A stretch of DNA of 32,000 nucleotides from Halomicronema hongdechloris C2206. GTDB taxonomy: Bacteria > Cyanobacteriota > Cyanobacteriia > Phormidesmidales > Phormidesmidaceae. The DNA lies in the NCBI RefSeq assembly GCF_002075285.3, contig NZ_CP021983.2:480001-512000 (forward strand), written 5' to 3'. Positions 1-9,261 of this stretch are shown here, one piece after another; the first letter of the stretch is position 1; each line of letters starts with the position of its first letter. The notes beneath the pieces were generated by a model. That model was not told the DNA's origin and did not search any database. It saw only the letters and a program-made list of their open reading frames with translations. A program made the translations under genes and the position numbers.

Positions 1-14
1 AGGGCAATGGGTCG

Positions 15-431
15 CTATTCTAAGTATTCTTGACTCCCTGAGGCGCCGCGAATGCTCCTGGATTCATCAGACCAAATACGGCTCACGGCATTGCGGCCCA
101 CACCAGGCACATCGAAGGGATGCCAGTCGATAGTGGCGCCCAGAGCTTCTGCCCTCGCTACTGTAGTGTCGACGTCTTCGACTCTAACAAAGGCAAGCCA
201 ACGGGAGGAGATGTTTCGACCAGGATCGACAAAGCCACCCTGGGCTGCGCCATTGGCGATGATCAACGGATAGTCAGCCTCACCGGATGTCCACGCGAAG
301 TGGGCAGCATGCTCGATCTGATACTCCCAGCCCAGGAGGGTGGCGTAGAAATGCTTTGCCTGCTCAACGTCATTGGTGAGAAGGTCATGCCAGACAACCT
401 GGCCCATTGCCGTCTTGTCTGTTGTGCTCAT
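15..431 (-). CDS. VOC (glyoxalase/bleomycin-resistance/dioxygenase) family protein
   Basis: The 138-aa ORF has an N-terminal VVWHDLLTNDVEQAKHFYATLLGW segment and a C-terminal DVPGVGR segment, both typical of small VOC-fold proteins. Confidence 0.7.
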   Translation of the reverse strand: MSTTDKTAMGQVVWHDLLTNDVEQAKHFYATLLGWEYQIEHAAHFAWTSGEADYPLIIANGAAQGGFVDPGRNISSRWLAFVRVEDVDTTVARAEALGATIDWHPFDVPGVGRNAVSRIWSDESRSIRGASGSQEYLE

Positions 432-737
432 GCTGTTGCTCTAGATAGTGCCCCATGGCATAAGTCGACTGGTGAGGTTATCCATCTCGAGCACCTGCGG
501 TCTGGCCCAGTCGGAAAGCACTTGAAGCGCCTGATCGAAATATGCAAACCTGTGGGCACTGCGGTCGACTCAGCGGCAAGATAGTTGCGGCCTCGCCCTA
601 CCAGTAGGCTGTCTGTTGGCCACATAGCGCTGACCAGTCAGCTCAGGACATGGGTGATCGTCCAATAGCCCAGTCTAAGGGGGCTGACTGGCTCGTCACC
701 ACACAAAGCATTGTGGCGGTGGTTATAGAATGCGAGG

Positions 738-1493
738 TTGTGGTGCTGCATAGCTCCCGTGGCGAACGTCTCCATCATCATACCTGTCTTGAACGAGGCC
801 AGCTGTCTGGGCCGCACTTTGAGGTATTTGCGGATTTTAGAGCCTGCCTGTGCAGAAGTTCTGGTGGTGGACGGCGGCAGCAGCGACGACACGGCAGCCA
901 TTGCCCGAGCCGGTGGCGCAACGGTTATCCAATCTGTCCAACGGGGGCGGGCTGCCCAGATGAATGCCGGGGCAGAATGGGCCAGTGGCGACATCCTCTG
1001 CTTTCTGCACGGTGATACCCTGCTACCCGATGATGCGATCGCAGTGATCGAGACGACGCTGGCAAATCCTCAAACTGCCTGCGGCGGCTTTATTTCGGTG
1101 ATGGCCGGCGCCCAGACGACGCGCTGGGGCATCACGCTGCACAACAGCCTCAAAACCCACTACGCGCCGCTGCTATTTCGGCCTCATCTCTATTGTCTCA
1201 AGGGGCTGCGGCTGCTGTTTGGCGACCAAGTGATGTTTTGCCGAAAAACTGATTTTTGGGCCTGTGGCGGCTTTGAGACGACCCTGCCCATCATGGAAGA
1301 GGCTGATCTGTGCTTAAAGCTGTGTCGTCGGGGCCGCATCCGACAGGTGAACCGGGTTGTGCAGTCATCCGATCGCCGGGTGGTCCAGTGGGGACCCATC
1401 AAGGCCAATTTCATTTACCTGGCGATTGGGTTTTTGTGGGGGATTGGGATGCCTGCGGCCGCTCTAAAACAGTTCTACGCAGACGTGCGCTGA
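738..1493 (+). CDS. Family 2 glycosyltransferase (TIGR04283-like)
   Basis: VSIIIPVLNEA at the N-terminus and VVDGGSSDDT (DxD-type) are GT2 signatures. The start is ambiguous: TTG at 738 or GTG at 759. Confidence 0.8.
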   Translation: MWCCIAPVANVSIIIPVLNEASCLGRTLRYLRILEPACAEVLVVDGGSSDDTAAIARAGGATVIQSVQRGRAAQMNAGAEWASGDILCFLHGDTLLPDDAIAVIETTLANPQTACGGFISVMAGAQTTRWGITLHNSLKTHYAPLLFRPHLYCLKGLRLLFGDQVMFCRKTDFWACGGFETTLPIMEEADLCLKLCRRGRIRQVNRVVQSSDRRVVQWGPIKANFIYLAIGFLWGIGMPAAALKQFYADVR

Positions 1494-1496
1494 TTC

Positions 1497-2015
1497 AGCT
1501 GCCAGCTATAGGGCAGGTAGGCAACTTTGGCCATGGAGGGTGGCCGTCTGCCGGTGTAGTGCAGCTTGATGTAGTCCACAATGGAATTAGCCTTGTGTCC
1601 CAAAATCGGGGGTCACTTCGCCTCAGCAAAGGCGAACGCATCGTCAATCGAGCGAATGGATTTGTGAGCGAAAATCGGTGTCGGTGCTGATCGCCTGACC
1701 GACAATTTCTAGCTGGGGCTCTAAATCTAGCAGCAACACCAGCTTGCGATCGCAAGGCACAAAAGGTATCTGAGGATGGGAGCCAAAGCTGCCCTCGCTG
1801 GCGATCGCCAAGGTTTCGCCGGTTAGATCCAATGCCGCCTCAGCTTTGAGGCGAGCCGTGGTGATTTGATCGGCTGAGCGGGGAACGTCGCGGGTGAAAG
1901 TGCCTAGGGTGTCCGTGTTGAAACCAGCAGGCATCAGGGGCTTGACCCCAGGGGCGGTTTCCAGGCGGGGGGCAATGACCTGTTCTTTGCGATGCATGGT
2001 GGCGATCACCGCCAC
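1497..2015 (-). pseudogene. DUF6671-like protein, apparently frameshifted and 3'-decayed
   Basis: The 123-aa ORF 1644-2015 (IATMHRKEQVIAP...ASEGSFGSHPQIPF) matches my recollection of DUF6671. The expected C-terminal continuation (AHKSIRSIDDAFAFAEAK, then PPILGHKANSIVDYIKLHY) lies in two other frames downstream of the stop. Confidence 0.45.
1801..1808. repeat. HIP1 (GCGATCGC) highly iterated palindrome, one example of many
   Basis: The same octamer is seen at 1035-1042, 1746-1753 and 1801-1808, and repeatedly across the window. It is a cyanobacterial signature. Confidence 0.9.
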
Positions 2016-2442
2016 CCGACCTAGAAAACTCTTGCACTAGCTTTCCTCGGCGTGGGAAAGCGATTGTACAGGAAGTCAAGGGCATAATTGTGCAGGGTGT
2101 AATACTCCGGGGTTGCCATAATTTGAGCCTAATTCCTTGACCGCTCAAAGGGAATATCCATCACCTCCGGTCAAAACCGCTATGGAGAAAGCAGTAGAAC
2201 CACTGGATATTGCTTAGGAAAATGCCGATCACCGGCGCAATTGTTTGAACTTCGCCTTGAGAAGACATTTGGAAACTCGGCTGAAAGCCCTGACAGGCAA
2301 GCGTTTGAGAGCGCATGGTTCTGTTGACCAGAATCTAGTCTGGAGCAAGGTTGCAGGGTCCTTTTCAAATATCCTCTGAACCAATCCCTTTTCCCGAGGT
2401 CTTTGTGATCTGCTGAGGCTAGCAGTTCTTTACACGGCTACT

Positions 2443-2471
2443 AAAAAGCCGGGGTCATGCCCCGGCTTTTT
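2443..2471. terminator. Bidirectional rho-independent terminator downstream of sbtB
   Basis: AAAAA-GCCGGGG-tcatg-CCCCGGC-TTTTT forms a perfect 7-bp GC stem flanked by an A-run and a T-run, 20 nt past the sbtB stop. Confidence 0.8.
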
Positions 2472-2490
2472 GGGCCGGCGTTGCCTCGAT

Positions 2491-2856
<366 letters not shown>

Positions 2857-2908
2857 CTACTGGGTTGTTAGGCTAGGGGCGCACCGATAGACTGCGCACC
2901 GTCTGGGA

Positions 2909-4048
2909 TTAGCCACCGCCCATCAGTGCCTGGGCAAGCCCGATATAGAGCGGGATGCCTACGGCAAGGGCAACTGGTGTGCCGACGGCTGTGGATGCGC
3001 CGATGTAGGCGGAAGGATTGGCCTTGGGAATACCACCGCGTAAAGTAGGCGGCCCGGAGATATCGGAACTGGAGGCGGCGATGACAGCCAGGATAACGCC
3101 GCCGCCGGGGCTGAATCCTGTGGCGATGTGGGCAATATAGCCGAGACCGAAGCCAATGAGTCCATGCAGCAGTGGTGCCACAAAGGCATATACGGCGTAC
3201 CACTGGGCCACCTTGCGCAGCTCGCCGATCCTGGCCCAGGCTTCCATACCCATGACCAACATCAGAATCGACAGTAGGCCGCGGAAGAGGGGATTGTAGA
3301 AGCTTTCATAGACACTTTCTGGACGGGTGAAGATGCCTAGAGCGAGACCAAGGATTAGTGCCGATAGGGCCGATCCCTGAAGGCTGTCCTTGACGATGGG
3401 CCAGATCTTGACCCGATTGTTTGCAGGACCGCCCGACTGGCTAGCAGACCCGCCTGCGATACCGCCCGGCTCGCTAGAATATCCGCCTGCGGCAACCGGC
3501 TGCATGCCGCTATATTCTCCCTTCCTGAGATAATCCTCATTCTTGAGATACTTGTCGCGCTTCTGCTTGCCGGCATAAATGCTGGCCAAGACGATCGCCG
3601 TCACCAGCGCCGGAATATCCATAAAGGGATAGAGGGCACCGGCCCAGGCCTCGTATTGCATGCCTTCTGATTCCAGCATCGTGATGCCGGCGGCGAGGGT
3701 GGAGCCACTCACGGCACCGAACAAGCCCCCGGTCGCAATGGCATCTAGGGGTTTGACACCCGGCAGCCGGGCCAGCGTGTTGCGAGCGATGAACACAACC
3801 AGAATACCGATTACCGCCGCAAACACCGCGGGCAAGAGCATCTCCGCCAGATTGGCATTGCGGATGGCAATACCGCCGCTCAGGCCGACTTTAAGGAGCA
3901 GCATGAAGACGATGAACTTATAGACCGCATCTGGAATTGCCAGTCGGCTATTGAGGGCGGCAATGACCATGCCCCCAATTAAAAAACCAAGTGTCGGGGA
4001 CTGCAGCTTATCCACAAAGCGCGTCAAGAAATCGGCTAAAAAATCCAC
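2909..4048 (-). CDS. sbtA: Sodium-dependent bicarbonate transporter SbtA
   Basis: The 379-aa ORF is near-colinear with my memory of Synechocystis SbtA (MDFL..FL..FV..LQSPTL.FLIGGMVIAAL, NRVKIWPI, SSSDISGPPTLR). It has a GTG start with AAGGAGG upstream. Confidence 0.92.
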   Translation of the reverse strand: MDFLADFLTRFVDKLQSPTLGFLIGGMVIAALNSRLAIPDAVYKFIVFMLLLKVGLSGGIAIRNANLAEMLLPAVFAAVIGILVVFIARNTLARLPGVKPLDAIATGGLFGAVSGSTLAAGITMLESEGMQYEAWAGALYPFMDIPALVTAIVLASIYAGKQKRDKYLKNEDYLRKGEYSGMQPVAAGGYSSEPGGIAGGSASQSGGPANNRVKIWPIVKDSLQGSALSALILGLALGIFTRPESVYESFYNPLFRGLLSILMLVMGMEAWARIGELRKVAQWYAVYAFVAPLLHGLIGFGLGYIAHIATGFSPGGGVILAVIAASSSDISGPPTLRGGIPKANPSAYIGASTAVGTPVALAVGIPLYIGLAQALMGGG

Positions 4049-4243
4049 GAAAACCTCCTTCCGTCTCCTCTGACGAGAAGTAGTGACTATTGTGACAAGT
4101 GAGCTTTGAAAAGCTTAAAAAACAGGGATGAAGCGCTTCATCCCCACAGCACAGGTGTTATGCGAGAACCTGTCGACGGGGTGCTCAGAGATGGCCGCTC
4201 TCCGAACGAGGTTGAAAGGCGTCGCTGTTCCGCTCCGCCTTTC

Positions 4244-4291
4244 ATAGACTTAAGTCTATCGATATTAAGCTCTTTATATGCTTAAGTCTAT
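4244..4291 (-). promoter_or_regulatory. Bipartite LysR-type (NdhR/CcmR-like) operator overlapping a candidate sbtA promoter
   Basis: ATAG-acttaagt-CTAT lies at 4244-4259 and ATAT-gcttaagt-CTAT at 4276-4291, with starts 32 bp apart. On the minus strand, TAGACT (4290-4285), a 17-nt spacer and TAATAT (4267-4262) resemble -35 and -10 elements. Confidence 0.6.
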
Positions 4292-4436
4292 CCTGAAATG
4301 CTGCAGATTTTTGCGCCCAATAACATGGATTTGCAACGCAATGTCAAATTCAACTCATAAGTTTTTCTTTTTCCTGCTTAGCGATCTCTGCCTTTGGTTA
4401 ATGTGAATTGCGATCGCAGAGTTTTCTCAATGCCAC

Positions 4437-4916
4437 ATGCCCTTTACCAAAGAGTCAAATGACTGTCATTCCCCCTTTTTACTGGTTTGCGCCGTCCTTG
4501 TCGTGATTGCACTCGGAGTGTTGGGCTTATCCGTCCAGCAAACACCCATTAACGAAATATCAACTAAGCGCTTTACCGGGTGGTGCGAAGAACGATCTGA
4601 CCTGCTGCCTGCCACTCAACATATGGTTTATCAACGCTTAACCATCGCCGGCATCCAAGATTACGCTGAGGCGGATGACCCTCATCAGTCAAGAAGACAC
4701 TCTGGTGCTAGAGCGATTAGAGTTGCAGGACTTACGACCACTGGCTAGCTTTACTCAGGTCACCTGGCTGTCGCTAAGCATGAACCAGATTGAAGATGTC
4801 ACCCCGTTTCCTAGACCTTTACAACCCCCCGGTCGCAGAAACGACTGCCTTGACTAGATTGGCCCAGCTGACCTGGTTGGATCTGTGGGGCCCTGAGAAG
4901 CTGCGATCGTACCTGC
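4437..4916 (+). pseudogene. Leucine-rich-repeat protein, multiply frameshifted
   Basis: The N-terminal TM segment and FTGWCEERSDLLPATQHMV..AGIQDY are typical of cyanobacterial LRR proteins. LRR units (LELQDLRPLASFTQVTWLSLSMNQIEDVTP, then LTRLAQLTWLDLWG) continue in two other frames. Confidence 0.5.
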
Positions 4917-5025
4917 CTTGTGCAACCAGAGAGCGTCTGTCTCTTCTGGCCGACCGATTCCATCGACCCATCCGAAACCTGTGCAGATGTTGCCTTAGCC
5001 AACCCGTCTCTATGATGGGTCGTAA

Positions 5026-5280
5026 TCAATCCACTTGCAATGCGGGTGACCTTACGGGTGACTCTGTTGGTGGGGTCGGCTCTAAGGGAGGACTGTAGCG
5101 AGCGACATTAATCCAAATTACTGAAAACAGTAAACCAACACCGCAACCGATCAAGAAAATCCAACCGTGGGAGGGTTCTAAAACACAGAGCAAGCGACGA
5201 TTACTGCCATACACCTGCACGACCCACCCCTCATCCGTATCCAACTTTGGCTGTGACTGCCTCGATTCAAACTTATTCAT
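5026..5280 (-). CDS. Small single-TM hypothetical protein
   Basis: The 84-aa ORF has one hydrophobic span (WIFLIGCGVGLLFSVIWI). Its upstream region carries the same bipartite operator as sbtA. I see no recognisable homology. Confidence 0.35.
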   Translation of the reverse strand: MNKFESRQSQPKLDTDEGWVVQVYGSNRRLLCVLEPSHGWIFLIGCGVGLLFSVIWINVARYSPPLEPTPPTESPVRSPALQVD

Positions 5281-5424
5281 GGTTTTCGCTCCATGCTGGT
5301 TGTGTGTATCGCTTACAGACCGCTTGCCTGTATCGAACAGAACACCTGCCGAAAATCCATCTGCGTGATGTGTGTAGCGGCTTCAGAACAGTGATTGTGT
5401 CTTTGAGTTGCTTTCGCTAAACTC

Positions 5425-5472
5425 ATAGATCTAAGTCTATGTTTTAAGAAAACACCATATCTTTAAGTTTAT
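5425..5472 (-). promoter_or_regulatory. Second copy of the bipartite ATAG-N8-CTAT operator
   Basis: ATAG-atctaagt-CTAT lies at 5425-5440 and ATAT-ctttaagt-TTAT at 5457-5472. The 32-bp offset and the orientation match the sbtA operator. Confidence 0.5.
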
Positions 5473-5675
5473 ACAATGCCTGGCTGACAAGCAGCATTTT
5501 CTACAAAATAATGGCTCAAACTTGTCGAATATTTTTATAATTAAAACTTATGCTTTGAGCCTGCTCGGCTATACCGCACCTGATTCCTATGAGCCCTCAC
5601 TGATTCGGCGATTGCGGAGGAATCAGCCACTGGCTGATTCTACTCCAGCTGATGTTTAGTTTTTTCGAGTCATTT

Positions 5676-5873
5676 TCACGTGAATTCTGCATGACCAGCC
5701 CGTCGATTGCCACGCATTAGTTCCCATATGGGAGGAATCGCCCCGCGTTGGGCGGCTTGAATCGCCACGGCGGTGCCTCCCGTGCCGCCGCCGACCACTA
5801 AAACATCTGCGGTGACGGTGGTGATATTCAAGAGCTGCTCCGCCGTTGGATGGTGAATCGAAGTTTGATTACT
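5676..5873 (-). pseudogene. N-terminal fragment of an FAD-dependent oxidoreductase
   Basis: The minus-strand translation ...TADVLVVGGGTGGTAVAIQAAQRGA contains a dinucleotide-binding GxGxxG motif. It then diverges and stops, and the open frame has no ATG. Confidence 0.5.
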
Positions 5874-6103
5874 CTACCAGTGGACGTTACTGCAAATGGC
5901 AGAGCCCTAGTCCCTAGTGCCCCCTGCAATCTGATGTTGAATGGTGGTCATAGCGCCAGGAGACCTGGTGGTCTAACGGTGAAGTTCAGCGGTGTGAAGG
6001 CCATTTTTAAGAGTAAGCTCGATGCTTCCCCTTCACATCTGCTGCAAGGCCATGCTAGTTACGCAAAGGCTTATAATTGCTAGGTTTCGTGCCTCAAGCG
6101 AAC

Positions 6104-7138
6104 CTACAAAGCTACAGGGCCAGAAGATTTCTCCATCACTATTCTATGTAGTTCCGCCTCTTTATGATCGAAAAATAACCAGGCGACAGGGAAAAAAGTC
6201 ATGTAGCGATTATAGACCTCAAGACCAACTAACTTTAGAGCTTTCTTCTGATTTTCAATCAATCGTTCATACCACGCTCTTAAAGTTGGCTTGTAGTCGT
6301 GAATTGAGTCATGAGTAATCCTAAAACCAACACTTTCTGCAGCCTCAATATGATCTCGATGTATCACCAAGAGAGAACCAGGAAAAAACAATTGCATAAG
6401 TATCGCTAAAGCTGGATAGGGTTCACGCTCAAAGGAAAAGAACTGATGCACTGCCAGCCCTCCTGGCGCGAGAGCGTCGTACATTTTCTGATATAAACCT
6501 TTTAACTCCTTAGGTCTCACATGTTCCAGGGCTCCTATCGAGAGAATGCGATCGTAAGGTTCATGCTCCCAAACAGCAGTAATAAAGTTAGTGAGGGAAA
6601 CATTAAGCCCTAGTTTTTGATTGTAGGTTAGCTGTTTCCTTGATAATGTGAACCCAGTTAACTCACCGCAATGTCCCGCATCTTGAAGAAATCTCATCAT
6701 TGCACCCCAGCCACATCCCAGATCCAAGATCTTCTCGTGACCACTCAAATTCAGAAGAGAGAGTAGATATTTGGCTTTATTCTCTTGGGCTTTTTCCAAG
6801 GTTTCTTCATCGCTTAGAAATTCAGCACAGGAATAAAATTTGTACTTAGCATCGAGAAATAAGGCGTAGAATTCGTTGGATATGTCGTAATGGGTTTCAA
6901 TGCCAATAGCATGGTCTCGCCTCAGCATGTAATCCAGATATGCTTTTCGTCTTGAGTTTGGAGGATAAGCTCTGGCTAAGAACTCAAACCAAGATGATCT
7001 AGACTTACTCCAAAAATCCCAGTTCTCTACTGCTTCTAAAGGAATGGGTGAATGAATTCTGTAGTTCGCAATCGCATAGAGCGAACCACAAGTGATGAGA
7101 TCTGAGGCAAACTGAGATAATCTTTTTAGATTCTTCAT
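6104..7138 (-). CDS. Class I SAM-dependent methyltransferase, cyclopropane-fatty-acyl-phospholipid-synthase-like
   Basis: ILDLGCGWGAMMRFL is SAM motif I, and YDRILSIGALEHV plus the overall length resemble the CMAS family. The gene is visibly more AT-rich than its neighbours. Confidence 0.75.
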   Translation of the reverse strand: MKNLKRLSQFASDLITCGSLYAIANYRIHSPIPLEAVENWDFWSKSRSSWFEFLARAYPPNSRRKAYLDYMLRRDHAIGIETHYDISNEFYALFLDAKYKFYSCAEFLSDEETLEKAQENKAKYLLSLLNLSGHEKILDLGCGWGAMMRFLQDAGHCGELTGFTLSRKQLTYNQKLGLNVSLTNFITAVWEHEPYDRILSIGALEHVRPKELKGLYQKMYDALAPGGLAVHQFFSFEREPYPALAILMQLFFPGSLLVIHRDHIEAAESVGFRITHDSIHDYKPTLRAWYERLIENQKKALKLVGLEVYNRYMTFFPVAWLFFDHKEAELHRIVMEKSSGPVAL

Positions 7139-7330
7139 TCTGGTTCTCCTGGCGAAGAACTATCTGACTTTCATCAACTCCCTCTCACTAGGATGAAGAT
7201 GTTTGTGAACAAGTGGAGTCTAACGGCCTGGGTGCTCAGTTGCAGCGCTATGTTAAACGGCGGCCTATCGAAGGAGAGTCGCCGCCACCGTCTGACTATA
7301 TATTTATATATTAAGTATTAAGTGTATTAA

Positions 7331-7441
7331 GTGTCAGACCTGCTGGATAAGATCCCCTATGCCCTGAATCGTAACTATCCCAACGCCAACCGGCAATGGG
7401 GATGGCAATTTGTCTTTCTCTCTGCAGAGGGGTGCCGATGA
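7331..7441 (+). pseudogene. Internal fragment of a tyrosine recombinase (integron-integrase/XerC-like)
   Basis: The translation LLDKIPYALNRNYPNANRQWGWQFVF resembles the conserved YPNA..EWGWQ[YF]VFP block of this family. It is about 36 codons long and bounded by stops. Confidence 0.35.
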
Positions 7442-7486
7442 CACCCCCCATGTCGTCAGTATGGCCTCAGGCACAATACGGTCAAG

Positions 7487-8122
7487 CTAGCTGCTGGCTT
7501 GGCGAGCCTGCCGCCGCTTCAGCAGGGCACCCATGGCTAAAGCCGACGTTGACCCCAATATCGTTAGGGGTTCTGGCACTGGTTCTGTCGTAATCGACAT
7601 CGAGTAAGATCCAGCCCCAGGCACCTGTTGTGCAGTGAGCAAGCCAGCCGCCGTAGTGGTGTCGCCAAAGATGAACTGACCCCGCAGAGGCTTATCGGTG
7701 AAAAAGGCCGTCAGGGGGCCCGATTCAAAGAGATCCACCACCTGCACCGGAGACGTTAGGGCAAAGGTGAGCCCGTTAGTCTCGCCGTTAATCGTTTGAG
7801 CGCCGAAGTCGATAAACGTAGACAGCGGATCGGCCCGAAAGAGTGGCCCACTGGGGGAACTGCCTGCAGGGTTAAAGGTCAGATCGCTCACTACTGCGGA
7901 CGAGAGGCCACTAAAGTCTCCAGTGCCGCCGGTGACGATGCCGTTGGGACTACCGGTAAAGTCAAAGGTGACTTGGCCAGAATCGCTTCTGATGATATTG
8001 ACGTCACCGGTCAGCGACACGCCACCAGATACGGTGGCCGCGTCTGCAGGACCAATGGCCAGGGCCATAATGCCGCTGGTTGCAGCCAGTGCGGCAATAG
8101 CGCTTCGTTGGGTTGACAACAT
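7487..8122 (-). CDS. PEP-CTERM sorting-domain secreted protein
   Basis: The ORF has an N-terminal signal peptide (AIAALAATSGIMALAIGPADA) and a C-terminal VPEP motif followed by a TM segment and a basic tail (LKRRQARQ). Confidence 0.8.
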   Translation of the reverse strand: MLSTQRSAIAALAATSGIMALAIGPADAATVSGGVSLTGDVNIIRSDSGQVTFDFTGSPNGIVTGGTGDFSGLSSAVVSDLTFNPAGSSPSGPLFRADPLSTFIDFGAQTINGETNGLTFALTSPVQVVDLFESGPLTAFFTDKPLRGQFIFGDTTTAAGLLTAQQVPGAGSYSMSITTEPVPEPLTILGSTSALAMGALLKRRQARQASS

Positions 8123-8433
8123 AAACTAATCCTCAAACATGAAACACGCAGCATCACGAAACGAATTAGCTGCAGAGGAACAGCTAATGGCGATCAACAC
8201 CCCGAAACCAGTGATTAAATCTAGGGTGGGCAAATGGTAGTTATAATTCACTGCCCACCTCTAGAGACGGGAGCCCAGAAGTGGAGTTCCGGTGCTGAGT
8301 AGTGAGACGGCTGCTGGCTGAGCTGGTTGATGTGTAACAGTTTTGCAAAACCCTCAATTTCCGCGGCCAGGTTCCTTAGGATTTGTTAGGGTTACAGGGG
8401 ATTTGCTATCGGCATTACCACTGCCATGGGTCT

Positions 8434-9243
8434 ATGCGTTCTGCGCCTCCTAAACCACCCGATTCTTCCGATCAGTCCGAGCAGACGTCTGCGAAAAAGC
8501 CATCGTCTCGAGCCCAGAAAAAATCTCGGGGGTTCACACCACTGGCGCCGGTGCGCTTTGTCCAGGGAGTGGGCACTAGCCTGGTGGGCATTGCCGTGGT
8601 CATGGCTCTATTGGCCGGGGTAGGGGTTTGGCGTTCCGGGGACCGCTTCTTGGAAGGGTTGCGGCTGATGCTGACGGCCCCGCAACCGGAGCCGGAAGTG
8701 GATGTGCGTTCGGTGATTATCCATAAGCTGCAGGGGGCCAGTGAACTGACGACGGCCATCTTTGCCATGGAGGCGGTGGTCCCCACCACGAGCGATCGCA
8801 CCTTAGCCGGCTATGTCATCGGCAAGACTAATCTGCTCTACATTGCCTACGGCGAAGTCCGGGCCGGAGTAGACCTGAGCCGGCTCGACCCTAGCCAGAT
8901 CACCACCGGGCCGGAGTCGGTGCGGATTCAGCTGCCGCCAGCCCAGATCCTCGATAGCAAGCTAGATGTAGAGCGCTCGGAAGTCTATGACTACGACCGG
9001 GGATTTTTGGGGTTGGGCCCCGACAATGCTCCGGAACTGCAGGAGATGGCCCAGCGGCAAGCCTTGCAGAAGATTACCCGAGCTGCCTGTAGTGAGGGCA
9101 TCTTGACGGCGGCCAATGAGCGGGCCCAGTTGGTGGTGAGTCAACTGCTCTCCCCCTTGGCGTTTGAGTCGGTGCAGGTAGACACCCAAACCCCGGATGA
9201 GTTGACCTGTGCCGGTCTGGCGAATAGCGATACAGTGAACTAG
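8434..9243 (+). CDS. DUF4230 domain protein
   Basis: It has an N-terminal TM anchor and YIAYGEVRAGVDLSRLD...VRIQLPPAQILDSKLD, which fits the DUF4230 pattern. The ORF is open from 8383, but ATG 8434 is the likelier start. Confidence 0.65.
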   Translation: MRSAPPKPPDSSDQSEQTSAKKPSSRAQKKSRGFTPLAPVRFVQGVGTSLVGIAVVMALLAGVGVWRSGDRFLEGLRLMLTAPQPEPEVDVRSVIIHKLQGASELTTAIFAMEAVVPTTSDRTLAGYVIGKTNLLYIAYGEVRAGVDLSRLDPSQITTGPESVRIQLPPAQILDSKLDVERSEVYDYDRGFLGLGPDNAPELQEMAQRQALQKITRAACSEGILTAANERAQLVVSQLLSPLAFESVQVDTQTPDELTCAGLANSDTVN

Positions 9244-9261
9244 GTGCCCCAATGAAAACCC

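Noticed and set aside
428-1015. ORFs 428-625(-), 638-994(-), 650-1015(+) and 120-584(+).
   Set aside because: They overlap the VOC and glycosyltransferase genes or lie in the spacer between them. They have no family resemblance and a shadow-frame composition.
5578-5670. A cluster of CTGATTC/GAATCAG copies, with a possible hairpin and T-run that suggest an sRNA or terminator.
   Set aside because: The stems are short (7 bp with a 13-nt loop), the T-run is not adjacent to a strong stem, and I could not find a convincing promoter. It is worth checking only if transcript data exist.
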